Made by a program: the position numbers and the translations under genes. The notes below the pieces were generated by a model, which made no database searches, had not been told where the DNA came from, and worked only from the letters and a program-made list of their open reading frames with translations. Positions 51,732 through 61,199 of a stretch of DNA of 64,000 nt are shown here, piece after piece. Every line of letters starts with the position of its first letter. Within the stretch, counting starts at the first letter, position 1. The DNA lies in IMG/VR virus record IMGVR_UViG_3300028840_008185, positions 186,001-250,000 of that record. One strand, 5' to 3'.

Positions 51732-52020
51732 CTTTGCTCTCCTCAATCATCATGTATTCCCAATTTACATTATTGGGACCAAGGTTTTCGAACTTTATAG
51801 GCTTTTCTACTATAAGAAAACTCGCACCGTTTAAAGCCCTAAGCGCATCTGCGTCTTGAAAGCTTTCTAGCAATTCCCGACAATCCAAATCACTGGCCAT
51901 GTTTTGTGGGGAACCCATCGTCACAAGAATAAGCTTATTATCCCAACTCTTATCAACAACTTCTTCGAAACTTACGGGGATATATTCCCCATTTTTGTTC
52001 TTCATATACAAATTACCCAT
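51724..52020 (-). CDS. hypothetical protein, paralog of 51261..51731
   Basis: GEYIPV...WDNKL...DADALRALNGASFLI. Confidence 0.8.
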   Translation of the reverse strand: MGNLYMKNKNGEYIPVSFEEVVDKSWDNKLILVTMGSPQNMASDLDCRELLESFQDADALRALNGASFLIVEKPIKFENLGPNNVNWEYMMIEESKDE

Positions 52021-52023
52021 TGT

Positions 52024-52488
52024 CTATCTCCTTTTCTCGGACAGCATATCTCTAAGCCGCCACTCATTTAGCTCAATTTCATAGTAGAAGTTGTCTGGTC
52101 TTTTCTTATATTCTCTCTTGGCTTTGCTGACCTTTCTATTCTTTCTAAAATCTTTTACTATCTTTCTGTCCTCGGCTCTGTCTTTTGCCGCCCCTTTGTC
52201 TTTCTCAACGCGCATAGTAAGTCTGGGCGGTTTCCACTGAGCTATGACTTTATCCTTTCTTATTATGTCCGTGGAGCCGTCGGCATGGTTAAAGATTTCT
52301 ACTTCAAGAGAAGTGAAGTAGGTAATCAGCTCGCTATTATCAAGCTCAACCACCATCTCCTCAGCCACCTCGGGATCTATGTTTTGATCGATTAGGATGG
52401 CCAAAAGTTCCTGGAAGACCCACTCCGCCTTTTCCTCTTCCATGATTTTCTGTTCATCGCCCTTGTCGGCTAGAATTACGGTAGACAT
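52024..52488 (-). CDS. hypothetical protein with basic C-terminus
   Basis: TAATG overlap with nrdJ stop. Confidence 0.8.
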   Translation of the reverse strand: MSTVILADKGDEQKIMEEEKAEWVFQELLAILIDQNIDPEVAEEMVVELDNSELITYFTSLEVEIFNHADGSTDIIRKDKVIAQWKPPRLTMRVEKDKGAAKDRAEDRKIVKDFRKNRKVSKAKREYKKRPDNFYYEIELNEWRLRDMLSEKRR

Positions 52489-54842
52489 TAGTTGCACCCA
52501 CTCCATTGGCAGTCTAAGCAACGCAGGCAACCTTCTTCCATCCTGAGGTTGGCGCTCCTACACATAGGACACACAGCCTTCCTTGCTGTTGCGCTGTCGC
52601 TAAGTATCTGATGGAGCCTGGCTGCAAGCGTTCCCGCGAAAGCATGTTCATCGAGAATATCTAAAGCTCTTTCAAAATTGTCTGTCTTCATAGATAGTGA
52701 AAGAAAACGAGTAAGCTTGGCTAAGGAATTGGAGCTTCTATCTATATACTTTTGGATTCTCTTTTCCGACACCCCTCGCTCACGAAGCATCCTGATTAGA
52801 GAGTTTCCAATCTTAACGAAAGCATCACACTCAGCTCTCTTGTAATTCATAACGAATACTTGGTATGGCTTGCTTATGTCCCTGTTGCGATAAGATATAA
52901 TAATATAGAACTTATCTCCACCCTCGGCACGAACACAGTGGACTATGGAATTCATAGCCGGGATTCCAGCTTGTCTGGCGAACTCGTCGGTGACGAGAAC
53001 TCCCTCGCGGGCGTTCTCCCTGTATACCGTGACGCCTTTCAAGCCTTCTTTCCAAGCTGCCTTGTATATTTGTTCCACTACTTTTACGCCCACATCTTCG
53101 GGCAAATTGATTGTTGAGGAGATGCTGGCGTCTATGTGCTTCTGCATAACGCCCTGAAGTTTAACACGAGCCATGTAATCTATCTCGTGCGACACCACCC
53201 AGTAGTATGGTAGGTTGCTGAGATCTTCGTTAATATCTTCATCATCTTCGTATGCAGCAAACCATCTTGCTAAACCCTGATGGAATACATTAAACTTTCT
53301 TTTCTCCCCTCCCATCTCTACAGAACGAGAATACTCCAAAGCAAATATGGGTTCAACGCCGCTTGAGCATTGAGCTATAACAGACAGGGTGCCGCTGGGA
53401 GCTACTGTGGAAATTGCAACATTCCTGAGCCCATACTCTTTAGCTGCGTCTTTCATATCGGCAGGGAGTGTGGCACAAAAGCCTCTCTTAAAATGCTTGT
53501 CCGCATCGAAGAGGGGGAAGGAGCCTCTTTCCCTGGCCAGATCAATGGAGGCGTGGTATTCTTGAAGCTTCTTGAATTCCATAATGGCGTCCACAAGCTT
53601 CAAGGCTTCGTCGGAGTCATAGCGAATCCCGAGTGCAGCCAGCATGTCAGCCAAACCCGTAACTCCCAGGCCAATCCTTCTGCCCAGCGTAGAAGCTTCC
53701 TCCTGCTCTTTGAGCGCATGCTTGCCGATGTTAAGCTCGATGACATTATCAAGATGTCTTACGCCGCGCCACACCATATCACTGAATAGCTCATAGTCGA
53801 ACTTCGCATCCTCCGTGAATGGATCCTCTACAAACTTGTGAAGCAACAGGGAAGAAAGCACGCAAGTGCCACCCGGCTCCAGAATCTGTTCGCCGCACGG
53901 ATTTGTAGAGTGAACTTTTAACCTATCATAAGTATCCGACGGAGACATCTCTACCATACGATCCCAGAACATAAGCCCTGGTTCAGCAGAGTCCCTAGCG
54001 GATTGTATAATCTTTTTCCATAGTTCGCGGGCTTTCACCGTCCGCTCAAACCTCTCGTGATGTGTAACGAAACTCAGAGTAAAATCATCATTGTTCTCAA
54101 CGGCCTCCATAAACTCGTCAGTCAGCTTGATGCTGATGTTTGCGAATTCAACTTTGTCCTTGTTGTTGTGTTTCATCTCCACGAAGAGTTCCAGGTCTGG
54201 GTGTCCCACCGGAATGGTGATCATAAGAGCGCCACGGCGTCCGTGCTGACCGATAAGCCCTGTGGTAATTGAATATAGCTCCATGAAGCTTGCCGCCCCC
54301 GTAGAGAACTTGGCGCTATTGGAAACCTTTGAGTCTGCTGGGCGCAATTCTCCTATACACAAACCAATGCCACCACCATAAGAGTAGGTCTTTGCAAGTT
54401 TCTTAGCCGCGTCGAATATTCCTTCCAGGCTGTCTTCCTCGATCTTGGTGACATAGCAATTTGTATATGTAGCCTTATCTACATACTCATTGCCCAAGGC
54501 ATACATCTGCCTGCCTGCCGGGAGCAAATAATCATACAGCTCTCTGAAATGTTCATATGGTTTAGCCCTGCGGCCATCAAATAAGCGCTCAGCTTCCGAT
54601 ATTGCTGTGGCCCACCTCTCCTTTGCTTCGTCTAAGGTGAACTCCAATATCTCATTATCTTCGTCCCTGAGTGCATATTTCTTAAGAAAAGCTGCGCAGG
54701 CCAACTCATCTCCCTGGAAAGATTTGAGACACCGTGTAACTTTTCTTTTTCCAAGACCGCAATTTTTAAGCTCATTGTAAGAAAGAATACGCTCAACTAC
54801 ATCGTCAATATCATCGTTTAAGTATATCAAATCAGACATCAC
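52488..54842 (-). CDS. nrdJ: class II (adenosylcobalamin-dependent) ribonucleotide reductase
   Basis: PAGR, TNCY, GGGIG, RRGALM, TNPCGEQ, APSGT, ISSTIN, KGVTVYR; C-terminal CPMC...EEGCLRCLDC; no nrdB nearby. Confidence 0.93.
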   Translation of the reverse strand: MMSDLIYLNDDIDDVVERILSYNELKNCGLGKRKVTRCLKSFQGDELACAAFLKKYALRDEDNEILEFTLDEAKERWATAISEAERLFDGRRAKPYEHFRELYDYLLPAGRQMYALGNEYVDKATYTNCYVTKIEEDSLEGIFDAAKKLAKTYSYGGGIGLCIGELRPADSKVSNSAKFSTGAASFMELYSITTGLIGQHGRRGALMITIPVGHPDLELFVEMKHNNKDKVEFANISIKLTDEFMEAVENNDDFTLSFVTHHERFERTVKARELWKKIIQSARDSAEPGLMFWDRMVEMSPSDTYDRLKVHSTNPCGEQILEPGGTCVLSSLLLHKFVEDPFTEDAKFDYELFSDMVWRGVRHLDNVIELNIGKHALKEQEEASTLGRRIGLGVTGLADMLAALGIRYDSDEALKLVDAIMEFKKLQEYHASIDLARERGSFPLFDADKHFKRGFCATLPADMKDAAKEYGLRNVAISTVAPSGTLSVIAQCSSGVEPIFALEYSRSVEMGGEKRKFNVFHQGLARWFAAYEDDEDINEDLSNLPYYWVVSHEIDYMARVKLQGVMQKHIDASISSTINLPEDVGVKVVEQIYKAAWKEGLKGVTVYRENAREGVLVTDEFARQAGIPAMNSIVHCVRAEGGDKFYIIISYRNRDISKPYQVFVMNYKRAECDAFVKIGNSLIRMLRERGVSEKRIQKYIDRSSNSLAKLTRFLSLSMKTDNFERALDILDEHAFAGTLAARLHQILSDSATARKAVCPMCRSANLRMEEGCLRCLDCQWSGCN

Positions 54843-54848
54843 ATCTCT

Positions 54849-55514
54849 CTATAGTAGTTCATAGAAGAAGCTTTTAACTTGTCTATTCTTTTTCAATTTA
54901 GAAATGGCCTTCTTCTCTATCTGCTCAATTCTTTGTTTAGTGAGCGAGAAAGCTTCCCCAATTTGTCTTAAGGTGTGCTCACTGAAACCGTCCATACCAA
55001 ATCTCATCGTTAGTACCCGGCGGTCTACGTCAGGCAGCCCATCCATAGCTTTCCTGAGAACTCTTGCGCCTTCCATAGTTTCAAAGTAATTCTCGGGGCT
55101 TGGCTCACACTCATCTGGGCAGCGCCCTTCTTCAACAATCTTGCCCCTTCTTTCATCTTCCTTTTTATGGCGGTTCACTAGGCGCGTGATGCGGCTCTGG
55201 ATGTGCCACCTTGCGAACTTGAAAAAGTTGATGCCGCGCAATGGATCAAAATCTTCCACAGCTTTCATGAGGCCAAGCCTACCCTCCTGCAAAAGATCTT
55301 CATAATAAAGCCTGTTTCTGTAGCCCTTGATCTTGGCGTATACCAGATAGTCAAGTCGCTTTAGTATGGTTCCCTTGATCTTCTTCTTCCTCCTATTTGG
55401 AGCTTCTCTATAGATTTTTACGAGAGCCAAGGCCTCATCATTGCTGACGTAATACTTATTCCAAGCGGCCTTTGCTTCTCTAAAATCGTTTCCTATTGCA
55501 GGTTTCTTCTTCAT
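54849..55514 (-). CDS. sigma70-family RNA polymerase sigma factor
   Basis: Region 2 DLLQEGRLGLMKAVEDFDPLRG; region 4 TLRQIGEAFSLTKQRIEQIEKKAISKL. Confidence 0.95.
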   Translation of the reverse strand: MKKKPAIGNDFREAKAAWNKYYVSNDEALALVKIYREAPNRRKKKIKGTILKRLDYLVYAKIKGYRNRLYYEDLLQEGRLGLMKAVEDFDPLRGINFFKFARWHIQSRITRLVNRHKKEDERRGKIVEEGRCPDECEPSPENYFETMEGARVLRKAMDGLPDVDRRVLTMRFGMDGFSEHTLRQIGEAFSLTKQRIEQIEKKAISKLKKNRQVKSFFYELL

Positions 55515-56083
55515 TATATCTCTCCCCTCAGTGTGGGTGGTCTCCAACCTTTAGTTAAATCCTCGTTGACTACGAATCTATTATCAGTAAAGGAGTTTTC
55601 ATCAAGGGCATTGTAGACAAACTTGGATTCTTTTAGAGCATACTTTATGCAATTAAATGTTCCGCCTTTTCTCCTCCCAACCCAGAAAGCCAGAACGAAG
55701 TCTGCGTCATCAACCATGCGCTTGTTTCTTTCCTGGTATTTAGATACGTGGTACCTGCCCGATGGATCTATGATTTCCATTCCGCAGGCTTTTGACATTT
55801 GTCTTTCCAATATTTCCCTATGTTCCTTGGACCAAAACTTAGATTGAACCTCTGGTGGGAAGGGAAGATAAAGCTTGTATCTCACATTTAAAGCAATGCA
55901 AGCTTCGCCCGCCCATTGATCGGCACCAATAGCCCCACCAAGGTTAAGTATGAGGTCATCCTTGTATTGTTTTTGCAACACAAAGATGGTGTCTTCGGCT
56001 ATTCTCTGAACAGTTTCCGGAGAATAGTGAGAAACCAAAAAGGAATCTGGTCTGTGGCCTGTAACTGCTACTGCTGTTGCCAT
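55514..56083 (-). CDS. SLOG family protein (DUF1273/YspA-like)
   Basis: VAVTGHRP, GGAIGADQW, YQERNKRMVD, GGTFNC. Confidence 0.88.
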   Translation of the reverse strand: MATAVAVTGHRPDSFLVSHYSPETVQRIAEDTIFVLQKQYKDDLILNLGGAIGADQWAGEACIALNVRYKLYLPFPPEVQSKFWSKEHREILERQMSKACGMEIIDPSGRYHVSKYQERNKRMVDDADFVLAFWVGRRKGGTFNCIKYALKESKFVYNALDENSFTDNRFVVNEDLTKGWRPPTLRGEI

Positions 56084-56095
56084 TTTCCACTCTCC

Positions 56096-57547
56096 TTACG
56101 GCATAAAAATTAGGCTGCCTTGATCATCATCTTCTTCGTCAAAACTTATCTCTTCATTGAGATTTCGTGTGAAAAATCCTGCTTCGTCAAAGCACAACAC
56201 TATGTCTGTTCCATCATCATCCTTGGCGTGTAACTCAATGGGAGCAGCCCACAAATCCCAAATATATTCAAGTGTTTTCTCGGCATAGCGTTGGTTAAGC
56301 GTTCCGACTTCTTCGCTGTCGTGGCGCATTTGCAGGGCACCCTCCGGACCAATTCCGTAGATTACTATCTTGGGAGCCCCGCCATTATACATGGGCTTTA
56401 CCAAGTGCTCAACAATCTCATCACGCAACCTCTCCTTTATTTCTATGTATCGTTCTCCTTCATAATTGTCTGGATAATCTCTCACATATCCATAAGTAAG
56501 AAGTTTCATATCATCCACCAATTCTGGCGTCAGGTAATTTCTGATGAATGAGATGTCATCATCTTCAGCGCGAACTTCAAAGATCTTGTCTCTGCCCTTA
56601 CCCTTACCATACTTTTCATCCCAGCGCCTCTCTATGTCTTTGAATATCCTGAAACCGAGATAGTAAGGGTTCATCCTGAAGTTATTATAGCCAGGCTGAA
56701 CAACCTTCTCATGATTCCTGGCAAACTCAAGGAAATCCTCGGGAGATAGATCGAGCTTATACATCACCTCTGCGTGCCAGAAGCTCGCCCACCCCTCATG
56801 CATAATTTTGGTGATTCTGTTTGGGTAGAAATAGAAAGCTTCTTCCCTGATAATATCAAGCACATCTCTTTCCCAATCTTCCAAGGGCGCATAGTTAATG
56901 AAGAACCACAAAAGATCTCTCTCGGGATGCGGTGGAATATCTTTGTTCATGATCTGTTTAACTATGTATTCTCGCTTGTTTTTTCTGTAGACCAGATCAT
57001 CAAATTCTCCCTCATCCCTGAAACGAGTAACAACCTTTTTCTTAGGATAAAGCTTCCTGTTAAATCCTTTGTGCCAGTCAATATGATCATCAAGCGCAAA
57101 GCCAATGTCCATCAAGCGTTCCACTTTTTCAAGGCCGTATCTTTCTATATACTTTTCAACCCTGCCTGCGTGCTCAGCAGCGTGCCAAACCATGTTCCTA
57201 TCGGAGTTCTCGAACACGCAGTTATGCTTGAACATGTCAGAGTGGCCCAAGCAATGGGGGACGATGAAAGTATCTTGAATCTCGGTATTAGTGTCAAGCA
57301 TGAACGCATGAGCGGGGTTGTTGTTGATGATAATCTCATAAACTTTTGACAACCCCATCTGTCCGTATTTCTTGGAATGTTCATATGAGCGCCCATAGCT
57401 CCAATGGCGTGGGCGCATTGGCAAGCCATATGAAATCACATTGAACATCGTGCTGGGCTCAACCTCCGTGAATACAACGGGGAAAGGATCCAGCCCCTCA
57501 TTCAGCGCAATCTTTGTGAGCATTTCTACTTTTTCATCATTTATCAT
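56096..57547 (-). CDS. spoVR: SpoVR/YcgB family protein
   Basis: YGLPMRPRHWSYG, YEIIINNNPA, HCLGHSDMF, TKIMHEGWASFWH, NPYYLG. Confidence 0.96.
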   Translation of the reverse strand: MINDEKVEMLTKIALNEGLDPFPVVFTEVEPSTMFNVISYGLPMRPRHWSYGRSYEHSKKYGQMGLSKVYEIIINNNPAHAFMLDTNTEIQDTFIVPHCLGHSDMFKHNCVFENSDRNMVWHAAEHAGRVEKYIERYGLEKVERLMDIGFALDDHIDWHKGFNRKLYPKKKVVTRFRDEGEFDDLVYRKNKREYIVKQIMNKDIPPHPERDLLWFFINYAPLEDWERDVLDIIREEAFYFYPNRITKIMHEGWASFWHAEVMYKLDLSPEDFLEFARNHEKVVQPGYNNFRMNPYYLGFRIFKDIERRWDEKYGKGKGRDKIFEVRAEDDDISFIRNYLTPELVDDMKLLTYGYVRDYPDNYEGERYIEIKERLRDEIVEHLVKPMYNGGAPKIVIYGIGPEGALQMRHDSEEVGTLNQRYAEKTLEYIWDLWAAPIELHAKDDDGTDIVLCFDEAGFFTRNLNEEISFDEEDDDQGSLIFMP

Positions 57548-58733
57548 TATTCTTTCCTTCATCGAGATCGCTAAGAAACTTTCTAAGACACTCGTAAATA
57601 TCCTCACGCTTCTCAACCTTGGCCGTAATAAAGTGCTTGTTTTGGGACAAGTCATCATTGTTCCTCAGAACCTCAGCAAAGTGCGACCAATCGAATGGAT
57701 CGTGTTTTCCAGCGGTGGCTCCCCAATTATAGAAGTAGTTGCTGTATCTCACTTCTCCATACCCAACAGCCTCACACTTCGTAAGAGATTCCTTGATGGC
57801 CTCCACGCACCTGTCATTGTCTTCGGGCCAGTTGTCACCGTCGGACCAAGCGAAAATGTAGTTGTTCCACACGCTGGTAGGGTAGCGATCATCAATAATC
57901 TTGTTGGCCAACCTGAACCCAGAGCTGACATAAGTTCCACCGGACTGAGATATTGTAAAGAACCTTTCCTCCTCTACCTCTTTGGCTTCAGTGTCGTGAG
58001 CGATGAACACCAAATCAACGTTGTCATATTTCTTCTCGATAAACCTAACCATCCACCAAAAGAAAGATTTCACGATATATTTCTTTTCGCTACTCATACT
58101 TCCGGAGCGGTCCATCACAAGAATAACTGCCGCATTGGAGTGTCTCTCTATAACGTTCTCCCAGACCTTATACCGCAAATCCTCAGGAGAGAAGCCACCA
58201 ATCTTCATCTTGCCCTTGCTGGCATTCTTCTTCATGTTCTCCATAATAGTGCGGCGCTTATCTATATTGGCTGGTAAACCACGCTCAGCAATATCCTGAA
58301 AGACTGTTTCCTCTGTCTCGATTTCGTTTACGTCTTCTTTCTCTTTGAGCCAAGGAAGATTGAGATCCTCCAACATCATATCAATGACCTCTTCGTAATC
58401 TACCTCCTCTTCATATATTTCCTCGCCGGCTTCATTGCCGGCTTTACCCTCGCCTTGACCTTCTGGCGGCTCAATATAAACAATATCACCTGGATCCCCA
58501 TCACCAAATCCTACACCCTTAGCGTTCTTGTTCTTGCCGAACTTGAATCTCCACATGTCCAGGTATTTGATGGGAACCTTAATCTTCTTGCCGCCTTTTG
58601 AAGAAATGATAGTTTCCTCGGCAATCAATTCGCGAAGATTCTCCTTAATAGCTTTGCGGATTCTTTCTTTATGGCGCTTCGAATCCCGAGCACCATGCCT
58701 CCGCTTACTCCATATATCCTTAAATGAATCCAT
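57537..58733 (-). CDS. yeaH: YeaH/YhbH (DUF444) vWA-like protein
   Basis: GARDSKRH, MDRSGSM, FIAHDTEAKEV, SGGTYVSSG, SDGDNW. Confidence 0.96.
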   Translation of the reverse strand: MDSFKDIWSKRRHGARDSKRHKERIRKAIKENLRELIAEETIISSKGGKKIKVPIKYLDMWRFKFGKNKNAKGVGFGDGDPGDIVYIEPPEGQGEGKAGNEAGEEIYEEEVDYEEVIDMMLEDLNLPWLKEKEDVNEIETEETVFQDIAERGLPANIDKRRTIMENMKKNASKGKMKIGGFSPEDLRYKVWENVIERHSNAAVILVMDRSGSMSSEKKYIVKSFFWWMVRFIEKKYDNVDLVFIAHDTEAKEVEEERFFTISQSGGTYVSSGFRLANKIIDDRYPTSVWNNYIFAWSDGDNWPEDNDRCVEAIKESLTKCEAVGYGEVRYSNYFYNWGATAGKHDPFDWSHFAEVLRNNDDLSQNKHFITAKVEKREDIYECLRKFLSDLDEGKNNDK

Positions 58734-58741
58734 GATTCTCC

Positions 58742-60682
58742 TTATTGTGCCGCCATAATCTCACTTACATAGCGTAGAAGTTCGTTGGCACTCTCCGCGT
58801 TGTAACCATATTCATCGCAAAGAACTCTTACAACCTCGTTAAGCTTCTTAAGACCTTCGGGGTCAGGACTGCGAGAAGAGACCGTGAGCCTGATCACATC
58901 TTTTCTCTCATCAAAAAGCTGCTTCTGCAGAGCTTCCTTAAGAGTTGGGTGGGATTGGTAATCATATACACCATTTTCATCCTTAGATTTCAGCATCTTG
59001 CGATATACCTCTTCCCTGAATGAATCCTTGCCGGTGCTTGTAATCTCTACCTTTTCCTCAATGTTTCTCATAAGATTCTCATTGGGCTCAACCATGTCGC
59101 CCCATTCATTCTCAAGCTTTTCGTCGTTGAGATAGGCTTCCACATTGTCAAGATAGTTCTCAAGAAGGTTCTTAATCTCGTGTTCGAAATTAAGGAAGAA
59201 TGCCTTCTGCACTTCGTTGCAAGCGATCTTAGTATACTCTTCAATGCACAAAGACGTTAGAGCCTTACACCTTTCAATGCCTTCTTTGTCGAGCTTGGCG
59301 TTAGTTGGCAGGCCATCTTCAACGCTTCTAATAGCAGCAATGGGAGTAATAGCCTTGGCGCCGTGTCTAGCAATACAAGCTTCAATTCTGTTCACGATGT
59401 AGCGCGGGGAGATTCCGTCCAAGCCCTCACGAGCAGATGCTTCCTGAAGCTCCTTGATCTGCTTCTTGGTAAATCCCTCAACAGTCTCACCGTTGTATAG
59501 GCGCATCTTTTGGAGAAGAGTGATGCTCTTATCCTTGGGTTCCTCAAGCCTGGAAAGAACCGCAAACATTGCCGCTACCTTGAGAGTGTGAGGAGCAACG
59601 TGAATTCCCCTGAACTTGATGCTCTGCTTAATGAGCTTCTCGCAGATTCTAACTTCCTCATCTACCTTCAGGTTGTATGGATATTCCACAATAATCACAC
59701 GGTCGTGTAGGGCTTCCTCTTCCTTCTTGGCCAAGAACTTATTGAACTCGGTCTCGTTCGTGTGAGCTACTGGAACCAAGTCGGCGTAAATCAACGGGAA
59801 TCTCTCCACCTTGATTCTCTTCTCCTGGGAAAGCGTAAGTAGGATGTGCCTGAACTTCGGGTCAACTTTAAGAAGCTCGATGAACTCCATCATGCCACGG
59901 TTGGATACGTTAAGCTCGCCGTCAAAGTTATAGGCCAGTGGGTGTGATTCCACACCATATTCCTCAAGCTTCGCGAAGTTCACAGAGCCCGTAAGCTCCG
60001 ACTGGCTCTGGCTCTTGGTGTCTCCTGGCTGGAAGGTTCCAATACCAACACGATTCATCTCCGAGAAGAATACCCTATGCACGGGAAACTTCCAATAGTC
60101 GCCGCCGAACTCTTCTTGTAGGCGGTAAGAGCATCGCGGGCAAAGCTCACCCTCGATATGCAAATCATACTTGTCTCTAAGGGCGGCTCTAGCAGTCCAA
60201 GGAATAGCGTTAAGTGGATTCTCGTGCATGGGGCAACCCTTGATGCCATAAATCCTACCCTCCCATGTCTTGCTGAACTTTTCGAGCCCCTTCTTCAACA
60301 TGGTGGCAAACTGAGACTTTCCGGAACTGGTGGGACCCCATAACAACAGAATACGCCTGCCAACCTCTGAGCCACTCGCAGCACCACGGAAATACTCCAT
60401 GATGTTAGCCAGGGCCGGATCGATTCCAAAAAGTTCTTGTTCAAAGAACTTGTAATGTGGGTTCTTTTTGTTGGGGTCATCATCCTTGAACTCGACTCCT
60501 GCGTGCTCTATCATCCGACAAATGCGAGCGTGAGCAAGTTCATTGAGATTAGGATTATCAAGAACCATGGGCAAATATTCGCGTAGTTCTCCATCCCAAG
60601 GAGTCAGGTCTTCATCACTAGTAGCTTGCTCGATTAGAGAAAAAATGTCTTCTTGGGCTGCGTTTTTCACTTTTGTAGTCAT
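58742..60682 (-). CDS. prkA: PrkA/YeaG family AAA+ / serine kinase
   Basis: LLWGPTSSGKS, CPMHENPL, RVGIGTF, GELNVSNRGMMEFIE, AHTNE. Confidence 0.96.
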   Translation of the reverse strand: MTTKVKNAAQEDIFSLIEQATSDEDLTPWDGELREYLPMVLDNPNLNELAHARICRMIEHAGVEFKDDDPNKKNPHYKFFEQELFGIDPALANIMEYFRGAASGSEVGRRILLLWGPTSSGKSQFATMLKKGLEKFSKTWEGRIYGIKGCPMHENPLNAIPWTARAALRDKYDLHIEGELCPRCSYRLQEEFGGDYWKFPVHRVFFSEMNRVGIGTFQPGDTKSQSQSELTGSVNFAKLEEYGVESHPLAYNFDGELNVSNRGMMEFIELLKVDPKFRHILLTLSQEKRIKVERFPLIYADLVPVAHTNETEFNKFLAKKEEEALHDRVIIVEYPYNLKVDEEVRICEKLIKQSIKFRGIHVAPHTLKVAAMFAVLSRLEEPKDKSITLLQKMRLYNGETVEGFTKKQIKELQEASAREGLDGISPRYIVNRIEACIARHGAKAITPIAAIRSVEDGLPTNAKLDKEGIERCKALTSLCIEEYTKIACNEVQKAFFLNFEHEIKNLLENYLDNVEAYLNDEKLENEWGDMVEPNENLMRNIEEKVEITSTGKDSFREEVYRKMLKSKDENGVYDYQSHPTLKEALQKQLFDERKDVIRLTVSSRSPDPEGLKKLNEVVRVLCDEYGYNAESANELLRYVSEIMAAQ

Positions 60683-60727
60683 TAATTTTACTCCACTTTT
60701 AGTTAAAGCCGCGAGGCACGTATAAAC

Positions 60728-61021
60728 TTATTTAACGAATCTCTTAATGGCACCGGCACTTGCTGCTTTGTCTCCTGCTATGTCCGCAAGCGCATCTTCA
60801 TCACCGCTTTTAATCTTGTCAACTATTTCCTTAACATCTTTCTTTATCACTTTGTCGTAGGTCTCTTTGGCATCTTTGTATTCCACGTTTCCTACAGCCA
60901 CAGATACTATGCGTCTAACATCTGCTTTGCACTCCGGGCAGCATTCAGGCTCATCATCGGCCATTACTACCTCCTCAAAAACATGCTCGCATTCGACGCA
61001 CATATACTCGTAAATGGGCAT
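60728..61021 (-). CDS. FmdB-family zinc-ribbon protein
   Basis: MPIYEYMCVECEHVFE...CPEC. Confidence 0.9.
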   Translation of the reverse strand: MPIYEYMCVECEHVFEEVVMADDEPECCPECKADVRRIVSVAVGNVEYKDAKETYDKVIKKDVKEIVDKIKSGDEDALADIAGDKAASAGAIKRFVK

Positions 61022-61022
61022 C

Positions 61023-61199
61023 TTATTTCTTCTCCTTTTCCTCTATGACGAGCTTGGCGTCTATGTTATTTTCCCAACTATTCCGCAGTATTATCTGTTT
61101 CATAGCTGGATCAACCACTTTCATCTTCAGATATAAATCTCCAGTGTCTGGATCGTAGATCACCTGGCACAGCTTAGCAATCTCTATTTCAATCGCCAT
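61023..61199 (-). CDS. hypothetical protein (MAIEIEIAK...)
   Basis: GGAGG SD before ATG 61199. Confidence 0.7.
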   Translation of the reverse strand: MAIEIEIAKLCQVIYDPDTGDLYLKMKVVDPAMKQIILRNSWENNIDAKLVIEEKEKK

